From an uncultured Actinomycetes bacterium (GTDB lineage: Bacteria; Actinomycetota; Acidimicrobiia; Spongiisociales; DATADW01), in assembly GCA_963824995.1 (NCBI GenBank), contig CAWGRK010000001.1, positions 139,094-203,093 on the forward strand: a DNA stretch of 64,000 nt, written 5' to 3'. Within the stretch, counting starts at the first letter, position 1, and every line of letters begins with the position of its first letter. The translations under genes were made by a program, and so were the position numbers. The notes under the pieces were generated by a model that saw only the letters and a list, made by a program, of their open reading frames with translations, was not told the origin of the DNA and searched no databases. Shown here piece after piece: positions 62,749-64,000 of this stretch.

Positions 62749-64000
62749 TCAAATGTTCCTGCGGTACTGCCCACCCACCTCGTACAGGGCATGGGTCGTC
62801 TGGCCCAGCGAGGCCACCCTGGCAGTCTCGAGCAAGGCGTCGAAGAGGTTGCCGCCGCTCACCGCCGTCTCCTGGAGCGTACGCAGTGCTTCCGGGGCCC
62901 TGTCGGCATTGCGCTGGTGAAAGGCGGACAGGTCGGAGATGAGGCGGTCCTTCTCGGCGTCGGTGGACCGGACCAACTCCTCGGGGACGACAAATGGCGA
63001 GCCCTCCGACGAGAGGAAGGTGTTGACCCCGATCAGCGGTAGCTCGCCCGACTCCTTCTTTCGCTCGTAGAGAAGGCTCTCCTCCTGGATCCTTGTCCGC
63101 TGGTACTGCCGCTCCATTGCCCCGAGGACCCCGCCGCGGGCATCGATCCGCTCGAACTCGGCGAGCACCGCCTCCTCCACCAGATCGGTCAACTCCTCGA
63201 CGACGAACGACCCCTGCGTCGGGTTCTCGTTCTTGGCCAGTCCGTACTCGCGGCTGATGATGAGTTGGACCGCCAGGGCGCGGCGCACCGACTCCTCGGT
63301 GGGGGTGGTGATCGCCTCGTCGTAGGCGTTGGTGTGCAGGCTCTGGGCGTTGTCGTAGATGGCGTAGAGCGCCTGGAGGGTCGTCCGGATGTCGTTGAAC
63401 CCGATCTCCTGGGCGTGTAGTGAGCGGCCCGAGGTCTGGTTGTGGTACTTGAGCATCTGCGACCGGGGGCTTCCCCCGTAGCGGTGTCTCATCGCCTTGG
63501 CCCATATCCGGCGCGCCACCCTCCCCAGGACCGAGTACTCGGCGTCCATCCCGATCGAGAAGAAGAAGGAGAGATTGGGGGCGAAGTCGTCGATGGCCAT
63601 CCCCCGCGTCAGGTAGTACTCGACGTAGGTGAACCCGTTGGCCAGGGTGAAGGCGAGTTGCGAGATGGGGTTGGCCCCCGCCTCCGCCATGTGGTAGCCC
63701 GAGATCGAAACCGAGTAGAAGTTGTCGACGTCACGGTCGACGAAGCTCTGCTGGATGTCACCCATCATCCGCAGGGCGAACTCGGTCGAGAAGATGCAGG
63801 TGTTCTGAGCCTGGTCCTCCTTGAGGATGTCGGCCTGGACCGTCCCTCGCACCGCCGAGAGCGTCTCGGACCTGATCCGTTGGTAGACCTCGGCAGGGAG
63901 CACCTCGTCGCCACTCACGCCGAGCAGCATCAGCCCGAGACCGCTGTGACCGGGCGGTAGCACCCCGTGGTAGCCGGGACGGGGCCGATCACCGTATATC
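62749..64000 (-). CDS. icmF: Fused isobutyryl-CoA mutase/GTPase, C-terminal part (5' end outside the window)
   Basis: [51 protein letters not shown] and GGQYRRN. Confidence 0.88.
   Translation of the reverse strand, partial: IYGDRPRPGYHGVLPPGHSGLGLMLLGVSGDEVLPAEVYQRIRSETLSAVRGTVQADILKEDQAQNTCIFSTEFALRMMGDIQQSFVDRDVDNFYSVSISGYHMAEAGANPISQLAFTLANGFTYVEYYLTRGMAIDDFAPNLSFFFSIGMDAEYSVLGRVARRIWAKAMRHRYGGSPRSQMLKYHNQTSGRSLHAQEIGFNDIRTTLQALYAIYDNAQSLHTNAYDEAITTPTEESVRRALAVQLIISREYGLAKNENPTQGSFVVEELTDLVEEAVLAEFERIDARGGVLGAMERQYQRTRIQEESLLYERKKESGELPLIGVNTFLSSEGSPFVVPEELVRSTDAEKDRLISDLSAFHQRNADRAPEALRTLQETAVSGGNLFDALLETARVASLGQTTHALYEVGGQYRRNI

Overview
High-GC actinobacterial chromosomal segment. An Acidimicrobiia-like origin is inferred from mshA, an RsiG-like gene, rex, a MenJ-like reductase near nuoA, and the style of the respiratory genes. 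The assembly has pervasive single-base indels, so many ordinary genes are split across frames; I treat these as sequencing errors, and boundaries of frameshifted genes are approximate. In order the window holds: an Fe3+ ABC transporter and mobA; a small accessory patch (HNH/DUF222 remnant, alditol-oxidase-like gene, vapBC); moaA and an MBL-rhodanese; a complete nuoA-N set interrupted twice by unrelated genes; methyltransferase, MFS, AlkZ-like, SLH and GGR genes; rex; a divergent respiratory locus; a DUF62 gene and a Clp1-like kinase; the ybjN/mshA/GNAT/rsiG/M23 cluster; a MoaD-membrane fusion; dodecin; a DegT aminotransferase; a HAL-like lyase lacking the MIO triad; and the 3' part of icmF. 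The strongest candidate for an undescribed system is the respiratory locus at about 40.7-50.4 kb. A b6-type split Rieske/cytochrome b complex with a 2[4Fe-4S] ferredoxin faces a CcoN homologue that lacks all six metal-binding histidines, plus CcoO and a cytochrome c. Three proteins from the two arms share one N-terminal helical motif. Other highlights are a promoter-driven orphan structured RNA downstream of a DnaA-box cluster (52.4-52.7 kb), and a family of heptamer/palindromic micro-insertions at gene junctions that keep the frame when they fall inside genes.
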